Positions 38,419 through 50,579 are shown, numbered from the stretch's first letter. The stretch is 64,000 nt of DNA from an uncultured Chloroflexia bacterium (GCA_963778805.1 CAVZVT010000005.1:293838-357837); one strand, 5' to 3'. Made by a program: numbers and translations. Notes: generated by a model from the sequence alone, not told the origin.

Positions 38419-39481
38419 GTGGATCTGGTCGTCCTCGCGCTCGCGTTCGTCGTGATCCTCATCGGCGCGGAACTGTTCACCAACAGCATCGAGTGGTTCG
38501 GCCGCAAGCTCGAGCTCGCGGAGGGGGTGGTCGGGTCCGTCCTGGCCGCCGTCGGCACGGCGTTGCCCGAGACCATGATCCCGCTCATCGCGATCCTGTT
38601 CGGGACGAGCGCCGCGGCCGACGAGGTCGGGGTCGGGGCCATCCTGGGGGCGCCGTTCATGCTGGCGACCCTCGCGATGTTCGTCACGGGGATCGCGGTC
38701 CTGCACTCCGCCCGCCGACGTCCGACGGGTGACGTGATGCTCGTCGACACGCACGTGCTGGCCCACGACATGCGCTACTTCGCGATCGCCTACGCCATCG
38801 CGATCGGTGCGGCGTTCCTCCCGCTGGAACCCGTCTGGCTGAAGTGGATCGTGGCGCTCGTCCTCCTCGGGATCTACGCGTGGTACGTGAAGGGCCACTT
38901 CGAGGCCGACCCGGACGTCGATGCCAGCGATCTCTCGCCGTTGCGCTTCCACCGGTTCGATCGGGGAGCGCACCGGGCCGATCCGGTCGTGCCGCGGCTG
39001 CGGATCGTCAACATCCAGGTGCTCGCCGCGCTGGCCCTGATCATCCTGGGTGCCGTCCTGTTCGTGGAGGCCGTCGACCACATCGCGAACGTCCTCGGGG
39101 TCGACGAGTTGCTGCTGGCCCTGGTCATCGCCCCGATCGCGACGGAGCTGCCCGAGAAGGCCAACTCGGTCGATCTGGGTCCGGGCGAAGAAGGACACGC
39201 TCGCCATGGGCAACATCACCGGGGCCATGGTCTTCCAGTCGACGATCCCGACGGTCGTGGCGCTGCTCTTCGCCTCGCACGCGTGGGTGGTGACCGAAGG
39301 GACCTACCTGGCCTTCGCGTCGGCCGGGATCGCCTTCCTCTCGTCGGCGGTGATCTTCATCCCGATGGCGAGGTCCGGTCGTCTGCGCGGCAAGGGGCTC
39401 CTCGTCGGTGGCCTCTTCTATCTCCTCTACGTCGCGCTCGTGATCGCCGTCATCACCGGGGCCTTCGGCGGGGCCGCGTAA
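38419..39481 (+). CDS. Na+/Ca2+ exchanger family (CaCA, YrbG-like) membrane protein with an apparent frameshift near 39175
   Basis: Alpha-1 repeat (GVVGSVLAAVGTALPETMIPLIAI) in the first frame. Alpha-2 repeat (ATELPEKANSV/IWVRAKKDTLAMGNITGAMVFQSTIP) continues in a second frame. Confidence 0.75.
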
Positions 39482-39563
39482 GGCCGCTGCTATACTCGGG
39501 CGACCGCTTCGGACCGTCGCGCGGCGTCAGCGCCGTGCTCACATTGCAGGAGCCCGACCACCG

Positions 39564-40544
39564 ATGCTGACCGAGAAGTCCGCCGACACCCCCGCGCCGA
39601 ACGTGCACCACGCCCCGCAGGCCGCGGCGCTCGACGACCTGATCTGCTACTTCGAGGGCGCCTTCGTCCCGATGCGCGACGCGAAGGTCAGCGTCATGAC
39701 CCATGCGTTCATGTACGGCACGGCGACGTTCGAGGGGATCCGCGCCTACTGGAACGAGGAGCAGGGTCGCCTCTACGGCCTGAAGCTCCGCGAGCATGTC
39801 GAGCGGATCCGCCAGTCCTGCCGGATCCTGATGATCGACGACGTGCCGTCCGTCGATGAGCTGACCGGGCTCATCGTCGATACCGTCCGTCGCAACGGCT
39901 TCCGCGAGGATGCCTACATCCGGCCGTCGTTCTACAAGTCGAACCGGGCGATCGGCGTCCGATTGCATGACCTCGAGAGCGAGCTGTACATCATCGCGCT
40001 GCCGTTCGGGAACTATGTCGACACGGAGCGTGGTGTCCGGCTCATGACGTCGTCCTGGCGACGGAACGCGGACGAGGCGATCCCGGCGCGCGGCAAGATC
40101 GTCGGTGGCTACGTGAACATGGCCTTCCAGAAGACCGAAGCCGAACTCAACGGCTTCGACGAGGCCCTGGTCCTCACCGGTGACGGCCACGTCAACGAGG
40201 CCTCGGCCGCCAACCTGTTCGTCGTCCGCGACGGCGTGGCGATGACGCCGCCCGTCAGCGATGACCTCCTTGAAGGCGTGACCCGCAAGGCGATCCTCGA
40301 GATCCTCAAGAACGAGGGCATCCCGATCGAGATCCGCTCCATCGACCGGTCCGAGCTGTACGTCGCCGACGAGGCGATCCTGTGCGGCACGGGCGTCCAG
40401 ATCTCGCCGGTCATCGAAGTCGACCATCGCAAGGTGGGTTCCGGCTCGGTCGGTCCGATCGGGGGGATCATCCGCGAGCGCTACTTCGATGCGGTCCGGG
40501 GCAAGCTGCCCGAGTACGCGCACTGGTTGACGCCGATCGAGTGA
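39564..40544 (+). CDS. ilvE: branched-chain amino acid aminotransferase (class IV)
   Basis: MTHAFMYGTATFEGIRAY, EAILCGTGVQISPVIEVDHRKVG and ERYFDAV motifs. Catalytic lysine context conserved. 326 aa. Confidence 0.85.
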   Translation: MLTEKSADTPAPNVHHAPQAAALDDLICYFEGAFVPMRDAKVSVMTHAFMYGTATFEGIRAYWNEEQGRLYGLKLREHVERIRQSCRILMIDDVPSVDELTGLIVDTVRRNGFREDAYIRPSFYKSNRAIGVRLHDLESELYIIALPFGNYVDTERGVRLMTSSWRRNADEAIPARGKIVGGYVNMAFQKTEAELNGFDEALVLTGDGHVNEASAANLFVVRDGVAMTPPVSDDLLEGVTRKAILEILKNEGIPIEIRSIDRSELYVADEAILCGTGVQISPVIEVDHRKVGSGSVGPIGGIIRERYFDAVRGKLPEYAHWLTPIE

Positions 40545-40589
40545 CCGGGCCCAAGGGGACCGCGGCCCGGCGACACGTCCGGTCGCGCG

Positions 40590-42444
40590 TCAGGAGAGCG
40601 GCGGCGCTTCCAGACTTGGGGTGTTGCCGCCGATCGTGACGATGACGTCCGTTCGGATGGCCGGGTCGGTCACGAGTTCCACCTTCGTCTTGAAGGTCTT
40701 CTCGAGGAACGCGATCGTCGCGTCGAGACGGGCTTCCGCGCCGTTGTAGACCACGATCTTCGTGGCTGGCGGGATGGCGCCATCGGGCTTCTGTCGCGGT
40801 GACGAGGCCGCGAGACCCTTGTACTCGAGGTAGGCGGCGAGGGCCGGTCCGCGGCTCCGGTCGGCGAGCGGGTTGAGCACCCAGACCGAGGCACCCTCAT
40901 CGGCGAGCGACTCCGCCTGGGCCTCGTCGAGCGGGTTGCGCTTGAACGCCTGCTTGACCGCGCTTCGGATCCGGCTGACATTCGGGAACATCTTGTAGAT
41001 CGGCGCCCCGGGGGCCGTTTCGCTGCCGTACAACGGTGGCTGGAAGACGTACGAGCTGATGTTCGCGGTATCGATCTGGGAGGCGAGACCCAGGAGTTCG
41101 TCGAGCTGGTCGACCGGGATATCGGTCTTGATGGATTTCTTGAGCGCCTTCACGAGATCGGGCAGCACGGGGATCAGCTTCTGCGGGTCGGCCTGCTCGC
41201 GCATCGAGAGCAGCAGGCGCTGCTGCCGCGCGGCCCGGTCGAAGTCGTTGGTCGTGTGGCGGGATCGGGCGTAGCGGAGGGCTTCGGTGCCGTCCATGTG
41301 CTGGAGACCGCTCGCCACGTAGAGGCGGCGATCCTGGCCATCCGAGGCTGGGTAGTTGTCGTCGACGATCGGGACCTGGACGTTGACCGTCACGCCGCCG
41401 ATCTCGTTGAGGACCTGCTTGAACCCCTCGAAGTTGACCTCGACGAAGTAGTTGATGTCGAGGCCGTAGAGCTCGCCCAGCGTCGCCTTGAGCGCGTTGT
41501 AGCCGCGCGTCTTCTGCGTGCCCGACCACAGGTCCGATCGATTGCGGTTCTCGGAGAACAGCGAGTTGATCTTCTGGCCGTAGGTCGATCCCCAGAAGCT
41601 TCGCGCCGGGCCGGGCGGCAGCGGCACGTTGGTCATGTCGCGCGGGAGGCTGAACATCGCGACCTGCTTGGTGACCGGGTCGATCGAGACCGTGATCAGC
41701 GTGTCGGTGTTGTGACCCACCGTGCTCGACATCGGCGCCGATGAGCAGGATGTTCAGTCGTCCCTTGCCGTCCCACGGCGCGATCGAGACGAGCGGCAGG
41801 GGCGTGCCGATCGGGGTCGCTTCCGCCGTCGGTGCGGCGGTCGGTGTCAGCGATCCGGTCCCGTCATCGGTTTCGGTGGGTCCGGGCGTCGTCGGCGCCG
41901 CTGAGGCATCCCCGGTGTCGCCCGTGTCGCTGTCATCCGCGCAGACACTGGTCTGGTCGTCGCCGACGAAGATGCAGCCGCTCGTGAGGGCATCGATCGC
42001 GAGGACGTCGTAGCGGGCGACGACCACATGCGCGCCGAGCATGACGACGATGATCGCGAGGAGTCCGGCGATCGAGAGCGGGCGACGCGAGATCCTGGCC
42101 GGACCGAGATGGCCGGGGCCACCCGCGTCGTGCGCATTGAGGAATTCGGCGACCCGATACGCGTCGACGATCGCGACGATCCGGTAGATGACGACGATCA
42201 GGTTCACGACGAAGACCGACTGGAGGAAGAAGACGTCGAAGACGAGTCCGATCATCGACGCGCGGTCCATCCGCAGCAGCAGACCGGAGCCGAGGGCGAT
42301 GAACAGGATCGGCGCCGCCGCGAACGCGAGCGCCCGCATGGGCGCGCCGGCATACAGCTGACCCAGTCCCGGGAAGATCAGGGAGAGGAAGGCGGCCCCG
42401 AATGGCGAGCGGTGCCGCGGTCGCGGCTCCTGCGTTGGCTGCAT
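40590..42444 (-). CDS. LytR-CpsA-Psr (LCP) family cell-envelope protein with N-terminal multi-TM region; apparent frameshift near 41740
   Basis: N-terminal TM segments and a Thr/Pro/Asp-rich linker in one frame (LNILLIGAD...). The LCP catalytic domain (SDTLITVSIDPVTKQVAMFSLPRDMTNVPLP...ALRYARSRH) is in the second frame. Confidence 0.8.
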
Positions 42445-42527
42445 CGCGGGTAGGATACTCGGACCGCCCGATTCGACGCGCCCGTCGCCCTCCGAGCGTC
42501 GTCGACCACCTCCTCACCCGGAGTCGA

Positions 42528-45500
42528 ATGTTCCACGCCGTCAGCCCCAAGCCCGATCTCGTCGCCCAGGAGCACGACATCCTGGCCCGATGGCAGGAGC
42601 GGCGCACGTTCGCGCGATTGCGAGCCCAGAACGCCGGCGGCCCGAGATGGAGCTTCCTCGACGGCCCCATCACCGCGAACAATCCGATGGGCGTGCATCA
42701 CGCCTGGGGCCGCGCCTACAAGGACCTCTACCAGCGGTTCCACGCCATGCTCGGCGAGGACCAGCGGTACCAGAACGGCTTCGATTGCCAGGGGTTGTGG
42801 GTCGAGGTCAACGTCGAACGCGACCTCGGGTTCACCTCGAAACACGACATCGAGGCGTACGGCATCGACCGGTTCGTCACGTTGTGCAAGCAGCGCGTGT
42901 TGACGTACGCGGCGCGCCAGACCGAGCAATCGATCCGACTCGGGATGTGGATGGACTGGAACGATCCGGACGAGCTGCGTCGGCTCCACGACCTGCTGGG
43001 CGAGGATCCGGCCCAGACCACCACGATCCAGGGTCCCGAGGGACCGGTCACCGACACCGTCGAGATGCTCGTCGGGCGACTCGGGATGCCGGACACCGGG
43101 GGCTCCTACTTCACGTTCAGCAACGAGAACAACGACCTGATCTGGGGGTTCCTCGCCGAGTGTCATCAGCGCGGCTGGCTGTACAAGGGCCACGACACCA
43201 TGCCGTGGTGCGCTCGTTGCGGCACCGGGTTGTCGCAGACCGAGATGAACGAGGGGTACCAGGACAAGGAGGATCCCGGGCTGACGGTCCGGTTCCCGCT
43301 CACCGATCGACCGGGTGAGGCCCTGCTCGTCTGGACCACGACGCCGTGGACGCTCACGTCGAACGTGGCGGCTGCGGTGGGCGCGAACCTGCGGTACGTC
43401 CGCGTCCGCCAGGGCGAGGACCAGTTCTGGGTGGGCAAGGGCACGCTCAAGACCGCGCTCGAGGGACCGTTCGAGGTCCTCGACGAGGTGGCCGGCGCCG
43501 ATCTCGTCGGCTGGCGCTATGCGGGGCCGTTCGATGATCTTCCGGCCGTCAGGACGGCCTTCGCCGAGGGCACCCGGGACCAGCCCGACGTCCCATATGA
43601 GCACCGCGTCGTCGCCTGGACCGAGGTCGGCGAGGACGAAGGCACCGGGATCGTCCACATCGCCCCCGGCTGCGGCTCGGAGGACTTCCAGCTCGGGAAG
43701 TCGCTTGGCCTGCCGATCGTCGCGCCGCTCGATGAGTCGGGGCATGTGCTCGATGGGTTCGGGGCGCTGTCGGGGCGCGATGTCCGCGATGTCGCGGAAC
43801 CCATCTACGAACACCTCAAGCGCGAAGGCCGGTTCTATCGGCTTGAGACCATCACCCACCGCTACCCGCATTGCTGGCGTTGCAACACGCCGCTCGTGTT
43901 CCGACTCGTCGACGAGTGGTTCATCGACATGGGTCCGCTGTACGACCAGCCGCGCGAGACGCTGACCAAGGAACAGGTCGACGCGAGTCTTCGATACCAG
44001 ATCATGGAGACCGTCGACCGGATCCGCTGGTTCCCGGACTTCGGCTATGAGCGCGAGCTCGACTGGCTCCGCAACATGCACGACTGGATGATCAGCAAGA
44101 AGCGCTACTGGGGATTGGCGCTGCCCATCTACGACTGCGCCGCGTGCGGGACGGTCGAGGTCATCGGGGGACGTGCGGAACTCGAAGCGCGCGCCGTGGA
44201 GGGCTGGGAGGCGTTCGAGGGCCACACGCCGCACCGACCGCACGTCGACGCGGTCAGGATCGCCTGTCCAGGGTGCGGCGCTCCGGTCGAGCGCATCAAG
44301 GACGTCGGCAACCCCTGGCTCGATGCCGGGATCGTGCCGTTCTCCACATTGCACTTCCGCGAGGACCCCGACTACTGGGCCAAGTGGTTCCCCGCGGACT
44401 TCATCACCGAAAGCTTCCCGGGCCAGTTCCGGAACTGGTTCTACTCGATGCTGGCGATGTCCACCGTGCTCCGGCGCGAACCGCCCTTCACGTCCATCTT
44501 CGGCTACGCCCTCGTGTTCGCCGAGGACGGCCGGCCGATGCACAAGAGCTGGGGCAACGCGATCGAGTTCGATGAGGCCGCCGATCGCATGGGCGTGGAT
44601 GTCATGCGCTGGATGTTCGCGAGGGCACGGCCCGAGGAGAACATCATGTTCGGCTGGCACGCGGCCGACGAGGCACGCCGCGAGCTGCTGATCCTGTGGA
44701 ACGTCTATTCGTTCTTCGTGCGCTACGCGACGCTGGCCGCCTGGACGCCCGCCGAGTCGGCACCACCCGTCGCCGAGCGCGGCGCGCTCGACCGCTGGAT
44801 CCTGTCGCGCGCCGCCGGCACGGCCGCGACCGTCGAGGAGCATCTGCGCGAGGTGGATGCGGTCGGTGCGACGCGCGCCCTGTCGTCGTTCATGGACGGG
44901 CTGTCGACGTGGTATCTCCGCTCGTCGCGCGAACGGATGCGTCGCAATGACGACGTCCAGGACCGATCCGCGGCGTTCGCGACCCTCCATGCGGCGCTCG
45001 TCGCGACCACGCGGATGCTGGCGCCGATCCTGCCGTTCCTGTCCGATGCCGTGTACGAGAACCTCGTGACCGACGTCGCGGGCTCGCCGGACAGCGTGCA
45101 CCTCACGGCCTGGCCGTCCGGGGACCTGGCGCCGCACCGGGACGAGCGTCTGGAGGCGGCCATGGCGGTCGCGCAGGACGCGGTGGATCTGGCACGGACG
45201 CTGCGGGCATCGGCGCGGATCCGGACCCGCCAGCCCCTGGCCCAGGCCTGGCTGGCGCTGCCCGACCGCGGGCTCGATGTCGGTCCGGAACTCCTCGCGA
45301 TCATCGCCGACGAGATCAACGTCAAGACGGTCACGGTCATCGACGATGACTCGGCGTTGGTCGAGCGACGCGTCAAGCCGCTCCTGCCCAAGATCGGCAA
45401 ACGCCTCGGTTCGGCGATCCCGGCGGTCATGGCGGCCGCGCGAGAGGGGGCCGTGACGTTCGGGGCGGACGGCTCGGTGACGCTGGCCGGAGTGACCCTG

Positions 45501-45876
45501 GCGGCGGACGAAGTCGAGATCCAGGCCTCGCCCCGACCCGGCACGGCCGTCGCCGATCGCGACGGGCTGGTCATGGTCATCGACACCGAGCTGACGCCGG
45601 CCCTTCGTACCGAAGGCGACGCCCGCGAGCTCCAGCGCGCCATCCAGGACCTTCGCAAGGAGGTCGGCCTGGAACTCGACGACCGCATCGAACTCTGGCT
45701 CGGTGGCATCGCGGCCGGGATCGAAGCCCATCTCGGCCCGGTGCTCGACGAGACGCTGGCCACGCGCATGGATGGAGCGGTCCCGGCTGGGCACCGGATC
45801 GGCCTCGATCGAGCTCGATGGCGGTCCAGTGCGCATCGCCATCCGCCGAGACGAGCGGGGGAGTGGCCCGACGTGA
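42528..45876 (+). CDS. ileS: isoleucine--tRNA ligase (type 2), apparent frameshift near 45793 just before the native stop
   Basis: HMGH-type motif region (PITANNPMGVHHAWGR), KMSKS (MHKSWGN), editing domain. The third frame gives a native-looking C-terminus, ...TGSASIELDGGPVRIAIRRDERGSGPT, with stop TGA 45874-45876. Confidence 0.9.
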
Positions 45877-46460
45877 CGACCGACATCGACGAAACCACGG
45901 ACGTCGAAGCCGCGGACCAGGGCACCGACGGCGACGTGACGGCTGAGGCCGCGACCAAGACGACGGCGAGTGGCCGTCCGCGATGGTTCGTGTTCTTCTC
46001 GATCGTCATCGCGGTCATCGTGCTCGATCAGGCCAGCAAGGCCTGGCTGGTCGCGACCGTCGCGCCCGGCGAGGTCCTCCACGTCATCGGCGACCTGCTG
46101 CGTCTGATCCAGAGCCAGAACTCGGGAGCGCTCTTCGGGATGTTCCGGGACCAGGCGCTCCTGTTCGGGCTCGTCTCGCTGGCGGTCGTCGCCTTGATCG
46201 TCGCGTATCACGCGAAGTCCGGCCGCAACATCTACATGTCCGTCGCCCTGGGCCTGCTGCTCGGTGGCGCGATCGGCAACCTGCTCGACCGGTTCCGGCT
46301 CAACCACGTCGTGGACTGGGTGGACATGGGCATCGGCGACATCCGGTTCTGGACCTTCAATCTGGCCGACGCCGCCATCACGACGGCGATCCTGATGCTC
46401 ATCGGTCTGGCGCTGTTCCCGAGCGTCGCGGCACGGCTGGGAGCGCCCATCGATGGCTGA
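45873..46460 (+). CDS. lspA: lipoprotein signal peptidase II
   Basis: GTG start overlaps the ileS stop (GTGA). Core WFVFFSIVIAVIVLDQASKAW...NSGALFGMF...NLADAAITTAILMLI, with an N-terminal acidic extension. Confidence 0.85.
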   Translation: MTTDIDETTDVEAADQGTDGDVTAEAATKTTASGRPRWFVFFSIVIAVIVLDQASKAWLVATVAPGEVLHVIGDLLRLIQSQNSGALFGMFRDQALLFGLVSLAVVALIVAYHAKSGRNIYMSVALGLLLGGAIGNLLDRFRLNHVVDWVDMGIGDIRFWTFNLADAAITTAILMLIGLALFPSVAARLGAPIDG

Positions 46461-47412
46461 GGCCGCGGTGGTCCCCGGTACCAGGACGCTGCTCGTCCCC
46501 GACGGGTCGCCCGGCCGGGTGGATCGATTTGTCGCGGACGCGACCGGGATGTCTCGAAGCTACGTCCAGAAACTCATCTCCGATGGGCGCCTGACCTCCC
46601 ATGGCCATGCCCTCCGGGCCAACTCGATCGTCGTGCCCGGGGTGGAACTGCAGCTCGACGTCCCGCCACCCGAACCGCTCGACATCCCGCCGGCCCCCGA
46701 CATCCCGGTCGTCGTCGTCTACGAGGACGACGACATCCTGATCATCGACAAGCCATCGGGCCTCGTGGTCCATCCCGGTCCGGGCCACTCGTCGGACACG
46801 CTCGTGAACGCGTTGCTGGCCCGCGCGGGTGGCTCCGAGTACGGCGGGATCGCCGGCGTCTCGCGCCCCGGTATCGTCCACCGGCTGGACCGCGACACCA
46901 GCGGTCTCCTGATGGTCGCCAAGCACGACGGCGCCCAGGCGTCGCTGATGGCGCAGCTCAAGGCCCGTCGGGTCAAGAAGACGTATCTCGCGCTCGTGCA
47001 GGGGAACGTGTCGGCGACCGCTGGCCGCATCGAAGCCCCGATCGGACGCGACCCGAAGCATCGGACACGGATGGCCGTGGTGCCCGATGGACGAGCGTCG
47101 GTGACGGGCTACCGGGTCCGCGAACGGTTCGCGGCGTGGACCGAACTGGAACTGGATCTTGTCACCGGTCGGACGCACCAGATCCGCGTCCATCTCGATG
47201 CGATCGGCCATCCCATCGCGGGCGACCCGGTCTACGGCGGCGCCACCGCCCGACGCGGCCCCGAGGGTCTGGAACGACTCTTCCTCCACGCCTGGCGACT
47301 CGAGCTCAACGCACCGTCCGACGGTCACCTGATCCGCGCGACCGCGCCACTCCCGGAATCACTCGAGGCGGTCCTGGAAGGGCTGCGCTTCGTGGAAGGT
47401 TCGGAGCGTTGA
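46453..47412 (+). CDS. rluD: 23S rRNA pseudouridine synthase, RluD family
   Basis: S4-like N-terminus, catalytic HRLDRDTSGLL motif, TYLALV and GRTHQIRVH motifs. Conserved ileS-lspA-rluD order. Confidence 0.85.
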   Translation: MAEAAVVPGTRTLLVPDGSPGRVDRFVADATGMSRSYVQKLISDGRLTSHGHALRANSIVVPGVELQLDVPPPEPLDIPPAPDIPVVVVYEDDDILIIDKPSGLVVHPGPGHSSDTLVNALLARAGGSEYGGIAGVSRPGIVHRLDRDTSGLLMVAKHDGAQASLMAQLKARRVKKTYLALVQGNVSATAGRIEAPIGRDPKHRTRMAVVPDGRASVTGYRVRERFAAWTELELDLVTGRTHQIRVHLDAIGHPIAGDPVYGGATARRGPEGLERLFLHAWRLELNAPSDGHLIRATAPLPESLEAVLEGLRFVEGSER

Positions 47413-48056
47413 GCGACGCGCCCGCCGCGTTCCCGCAAGGCGAGCCGGCCGAAGGGGCGCCTGGCGCCCAGCTCGTGATCATCTCCGGCCCCAGCGGCGT
47501 GGGGAAGGACACCATCATCGACGCCCTCCGGGAACGCCCTCGCCAGCCCGATCACCACTTCGTCGTCACCTGCACGACGCGGCCACCGCGACCCGGCGAG
47601 ATCGACGGCGTCAGCTACCACTTCCTCGACCGCGAGCGATTCCTCGCGCTCCGCGATGGCGGTGGACTCCTCGAGGCCAACGAGGTCCACGGCAACTGGT
47701 ACGGCACGCCGCGCGCGGAGGTCCGCGATGCGCTGACCGCCGGTCATGACGTCATCCTCAAGATCGATGTCCAGGGCGCCCAGCACGTCAAGGAGCGGGT
47801 CGAGGAAGCCTTGCTGATCTTCATCGTGCCGCCGTCGATGGAGACGCTCTTCGCCCGTCTGAAGGCGCGTGCCACCGAGACCGCCGACGAACTCGAACTT
47901 CGCCAGAGGAACGCGGCGATCGAGCTCGCTCGCCAGCAGGACTACGACCACGTCGTCGTCAATGAGACCGGGCAGGTCGAGCGCACCGCCGAGACGATCG
48001 ACGCGATCATCGAGGAGACCCACCGGCTTCATCCGACGCGACGGGTCCGCGTGTAG
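47409..48056 (+). CDS. gmk: guanylate kinase
   Basis: P-loop ISGPSGVGKDT, TTRPPRPGEIDGVSYHF and VFIVPPSMETL motifs. Probable TTG start overlapping the rluD stop. Confidence 0.85.
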   Translation: MSDAPAAFPQGEPAEGAPGAQLVIISGPSGVGKDTIIDALRERPRQPDHHFVVTCTTRPPRPGEIDGVSYHFLDRERFLALRDGGGLLEANEVHGNWYGTPRAEVRDALTAGHDVILKIDVQGAQHVKERVEEALLIFIVPPSMETLFARLKARATETADELELRQRNAAIELARQQDYDHVVVNETGQVERTAETIDAIIEETHRLHPTRRVRV

Positions 48057-48131
48057 CGTCGCCCGTGACCCTGGGTCTGGACGCCGATCCGGTCGCGACC
48101 CGTCGATGACGCCCGGCTCGTCGAGGTCGCC

Positions 48132-50579
48132 GTGGATGCGGCCGGGGCGGCGGGAGCCCGGACATACACCTACCTCGTCCCGGCGTCCCTCGCGGACCTG
48201 ATCTCGGGCGAGGCCGTGCTGGTCGAGTACGGCCGCCGCCAGGCACTCGGCGTCGTGCTTGGCGACGCGGTCGGGGTGCCGGCCGGCGTGACCCCCAAGC
48301 CCGTCGTCGACCGGGTCCGCGCCGACGGTCCGCTGCTCCCGCCGCTCGGCCTGGACCTGGCGCGCTGGATCGCGAACCACTACCTCGCCCCGGCCGCCAT
48401 GGTCCTCCGCGCGATGCTGCCGCCGGGGATGCTCGAGCGGCTGGAACTCGTCGCGGAGTTGACACCAGCCGGGGCCAGTGCTGCCGCGGACGCGATGGCC
48501 CCGGATGGCACCGGGCTCGATATCGTCGACCAGGACCTGGTCGCCCAGCTCGACCGCGGACCACGCCCCGCACGGGATCTCGCAGCGCCGGAAGGGCGGG
48601 CGGGTCTGGCTCGGCGTTTGAAGTCGCTCGAGGGTCGCGGGATCGTCACGCTGGACTGGACGTTGCTCGCGGCGTCGGGCGGGCCACGGTACGAGCGCTG
48701 GGCACAGCTCACCGACGACGGGGTGGCCGCGGCCCGAACCATCGCGGCGGGCGGGCGGATCGATGGTCGGCCGCTCGGGCCACGTCAGGTGGCGGCCCTG
48801 GCCGAGCTCGCGACACCCGAGACCGCGGCCGACGGGACGGCGACGGCCGGCATCGCCGAGCGGCACGGCTCGTCCGCCCTGGTCGGTCTGGTCCGCCGCG
48901 GTCTCGTGGCGACGACCGTCCGGGAACGCCCGCGGCGGCCCCTCGCCGGTCGCGCGGTCGGTCGACGCGGTGCCCGGCCGACGGCCTCGACGCTGCTGCC
49001 CGAGCAGGCGGAGGCCGTCGGGCTCGTGGCGGACGCGATGACGTCCCGGGACGCGACGCCGCTCCTCCTCGAAGGCGTGACCGGCGGCGGCAAGACCGCG
49101 GTCTACGTCGAGGCCATCGTCGCGGCGCTCGAAGCCGGCCGGCCGGCCCTCGTCCTCGTGCCGGAGATCTCCCTGGCGCTCCCGCTCGTCGATCGGTTGC
49201 GCGCGGACCTCGACGCCCGGATCGCCATCGTGCACTCCGGGCTCGGCGACGGCGAGCGAGCCGATGAGTGGCGGCGGATCCGCGCGGGTGACGTCGACGT
49301 GGTGGTCGGGACGCGGCTCGCGGTGCTGGCGCCGCTGGCGGACGTCGGGCTCATCGTGGTCGACGAGGAACATGACGCGGCGTACAAGAGCGACCGGACC
49401 CCGCGGTTCCAGGCCCGCGACGCCGCGATCGAGCTGGGACGCCTGGCGGGCGCGGCGGTGATCCTCGGGTCGGCGACCCCCGCGGTCGAGAGCCTCGGTC
49501 ATGCCCGGGAGGGTCGCTATCGCCATGTCGTCCTGCCCGGGCGACCCGTCGGACAGCTGCCATCCATCGAGGTCGTGGACCTCCGAGCCGAGCTGGCGGC
49601 CGGCGAACGTGGCTTGCTGTCGCGACCGCTCGTCGCCGCATTGACCGCACTGGATATCGCCGGTGGCGACCAGGCGATCCTCGTCCTCAACCGGCGGGGG
49701 AGTGCCTCGGTCGTGCTGTGTCGGGACTGCGGGTACGTCCAGGCGTGCCCGGATTGCGAACGGCCGCTCGTCTATCACCAGGCGGGCACGACGCTGCGCT
49801 GCCATCACTGCGGCCGGGCCACGCCACTCGCGACGCGCTGTCCGAACTGCACCTCGCCACGGATCCGCTATCTCGGCGGCGGCACGGAACGCGTCGAACG
49901 CGAGGTCCGCGAACGATTCCCGAACCTGCGCGTCGGCCGGCTCGACCGCGATGTCGTCGACCGCCGGGGCGCGGCGGAGAAGGTCATCGACGCGTTCAGC
50001 GAGGGGCGCCTGGACATCCTCGTCGGGACCAGCCTGGTCGCCAAGGGGCTCGACATCCCCGCGGTCACGGTCGTGGGTGTGGTGTCGAGCGACATCGCGT
50101 TGAACCTGCCCGACGAGCGCGCCGCCGAGCGGACCTACCAGCTGCTCAGCCAGGCCGTCGGTCGGGCGGGTCGAGGCGATCGCCCAGGCCGGGCGTTCCT
50201 GCAGACCTACCAGCCCGACCACCCGGCCATCGTTGCGGTCGCGACCGGGGATGCCACCGCCTTCTACGACGCGGAGCTGGCCATGCGCCAGCGGTTCGGG
50301 TCGCCGCCCTTCGGTCGACTGGTCAAGCTCACCATCGGGCTGACCGATCGCGCAGCGGCCGAGCGGGACGCCACGACGATGGTCGAGCGACTGCGTGCCC
50401 GATCCCAGGCCGTCGGCAGTGGCGTGACGGTCGTCGGTCCGGCACCGGCCTACATCGCGCGGCGGGCCGACCGGTGGCGGTTCAACGTCGTGCTTCGCGG
50501 CCACGATCCGGTCGCCCTGCTCGACGGCGGCCTCGATGCGCCGTGGTCCATCGACGTGGACCCTGAATCGCTGTTGTAG
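48132..50579 (+). CDS. priA: primosomal protein N' (PriA helicase)
   Basis: 3'-binding domain. Helicase motifs (LLEGVTGGGKT, VVDEEHD). Cys-rich zinc region (CRDCGYVQACPDCERPLVYH...CHHCGR...CPNC). C-terminal domain. Confidence 0.9.
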   Translation: MDAAGAAGARTYTYLVPASLADLISGEAVLVEYGRRQALGVVLGDAVGVPAGVTPKPVVDRVRADGPLLPPLGLDLARWIANHYLAPAAMVLRAMLPPGMLERLELVAELTPAGASAAADAMAPDGTGLDIVDQDLVAQLDRGPRPARDLAAPEGRAGLARRLKSLEGRGIVTLDWTLLAASGGPRYERWAQLTDDGVAAARTIAAGGRIDGRPLGPRQVAALAELATPETAADGTATAGIAERHGSSALVGLVRRGLVATTVRERPRRPLAGRAVGRRGARPTASTLLPEQAEAVGLVADAMTSRDATPLLLEGVTGGGKTAVYVEAIVAALEAGRPALVLVPEISLALPLVDRLRADLDARIAIVHSGLGDGERADEWRRIRAGDVDVVVGTRLAVLAPLADVGLIVVDEEHDAAYKSDRTPRFQARDAAIELGRLAGAAVILGSATPAVESLGHAREGRYRHVVLPGRPVGQLPSIEVVDLRAELAAGERGLLSRPLVAALTALDIAGGDQAILVLNRRGSASVVLCRDCGYVQACPDCERPLVYHQAGTTLRCHHCGRATPLATRCPNCTSPRIRYLGGGTERVEREVRERFPNLRVGRLDRDVVDRRGAAEKVIDAFSEGRLDILVGTSLVAKGLDIPAVTVVGVVSSDIALNLPDERAAERTYQLLSQAVGRAGRGDRPGRAFLQTYQPDHPAIVAVATGDATAFYDAELAMRQRFGSPPFGRLVKLTIGLTDRAAAERDATTMVERLRARSQAVGSGVTVVGPAPAYIARRADRWRFNVVLRGHDPVALLDGGLDAPWSIDVDPESLL

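Noticed and set aside
42528-46460. IleS-LspA single fusion protein (1352-aa ORF)
   Set aside because: A native-looking IleS C-terminus and stop (TGA 45874-45876) appear in an adjacent frame after a 1-nt shift near 45793. lspA then starts at GTG 45873 with the usual overlap. The fusion is an artefact.
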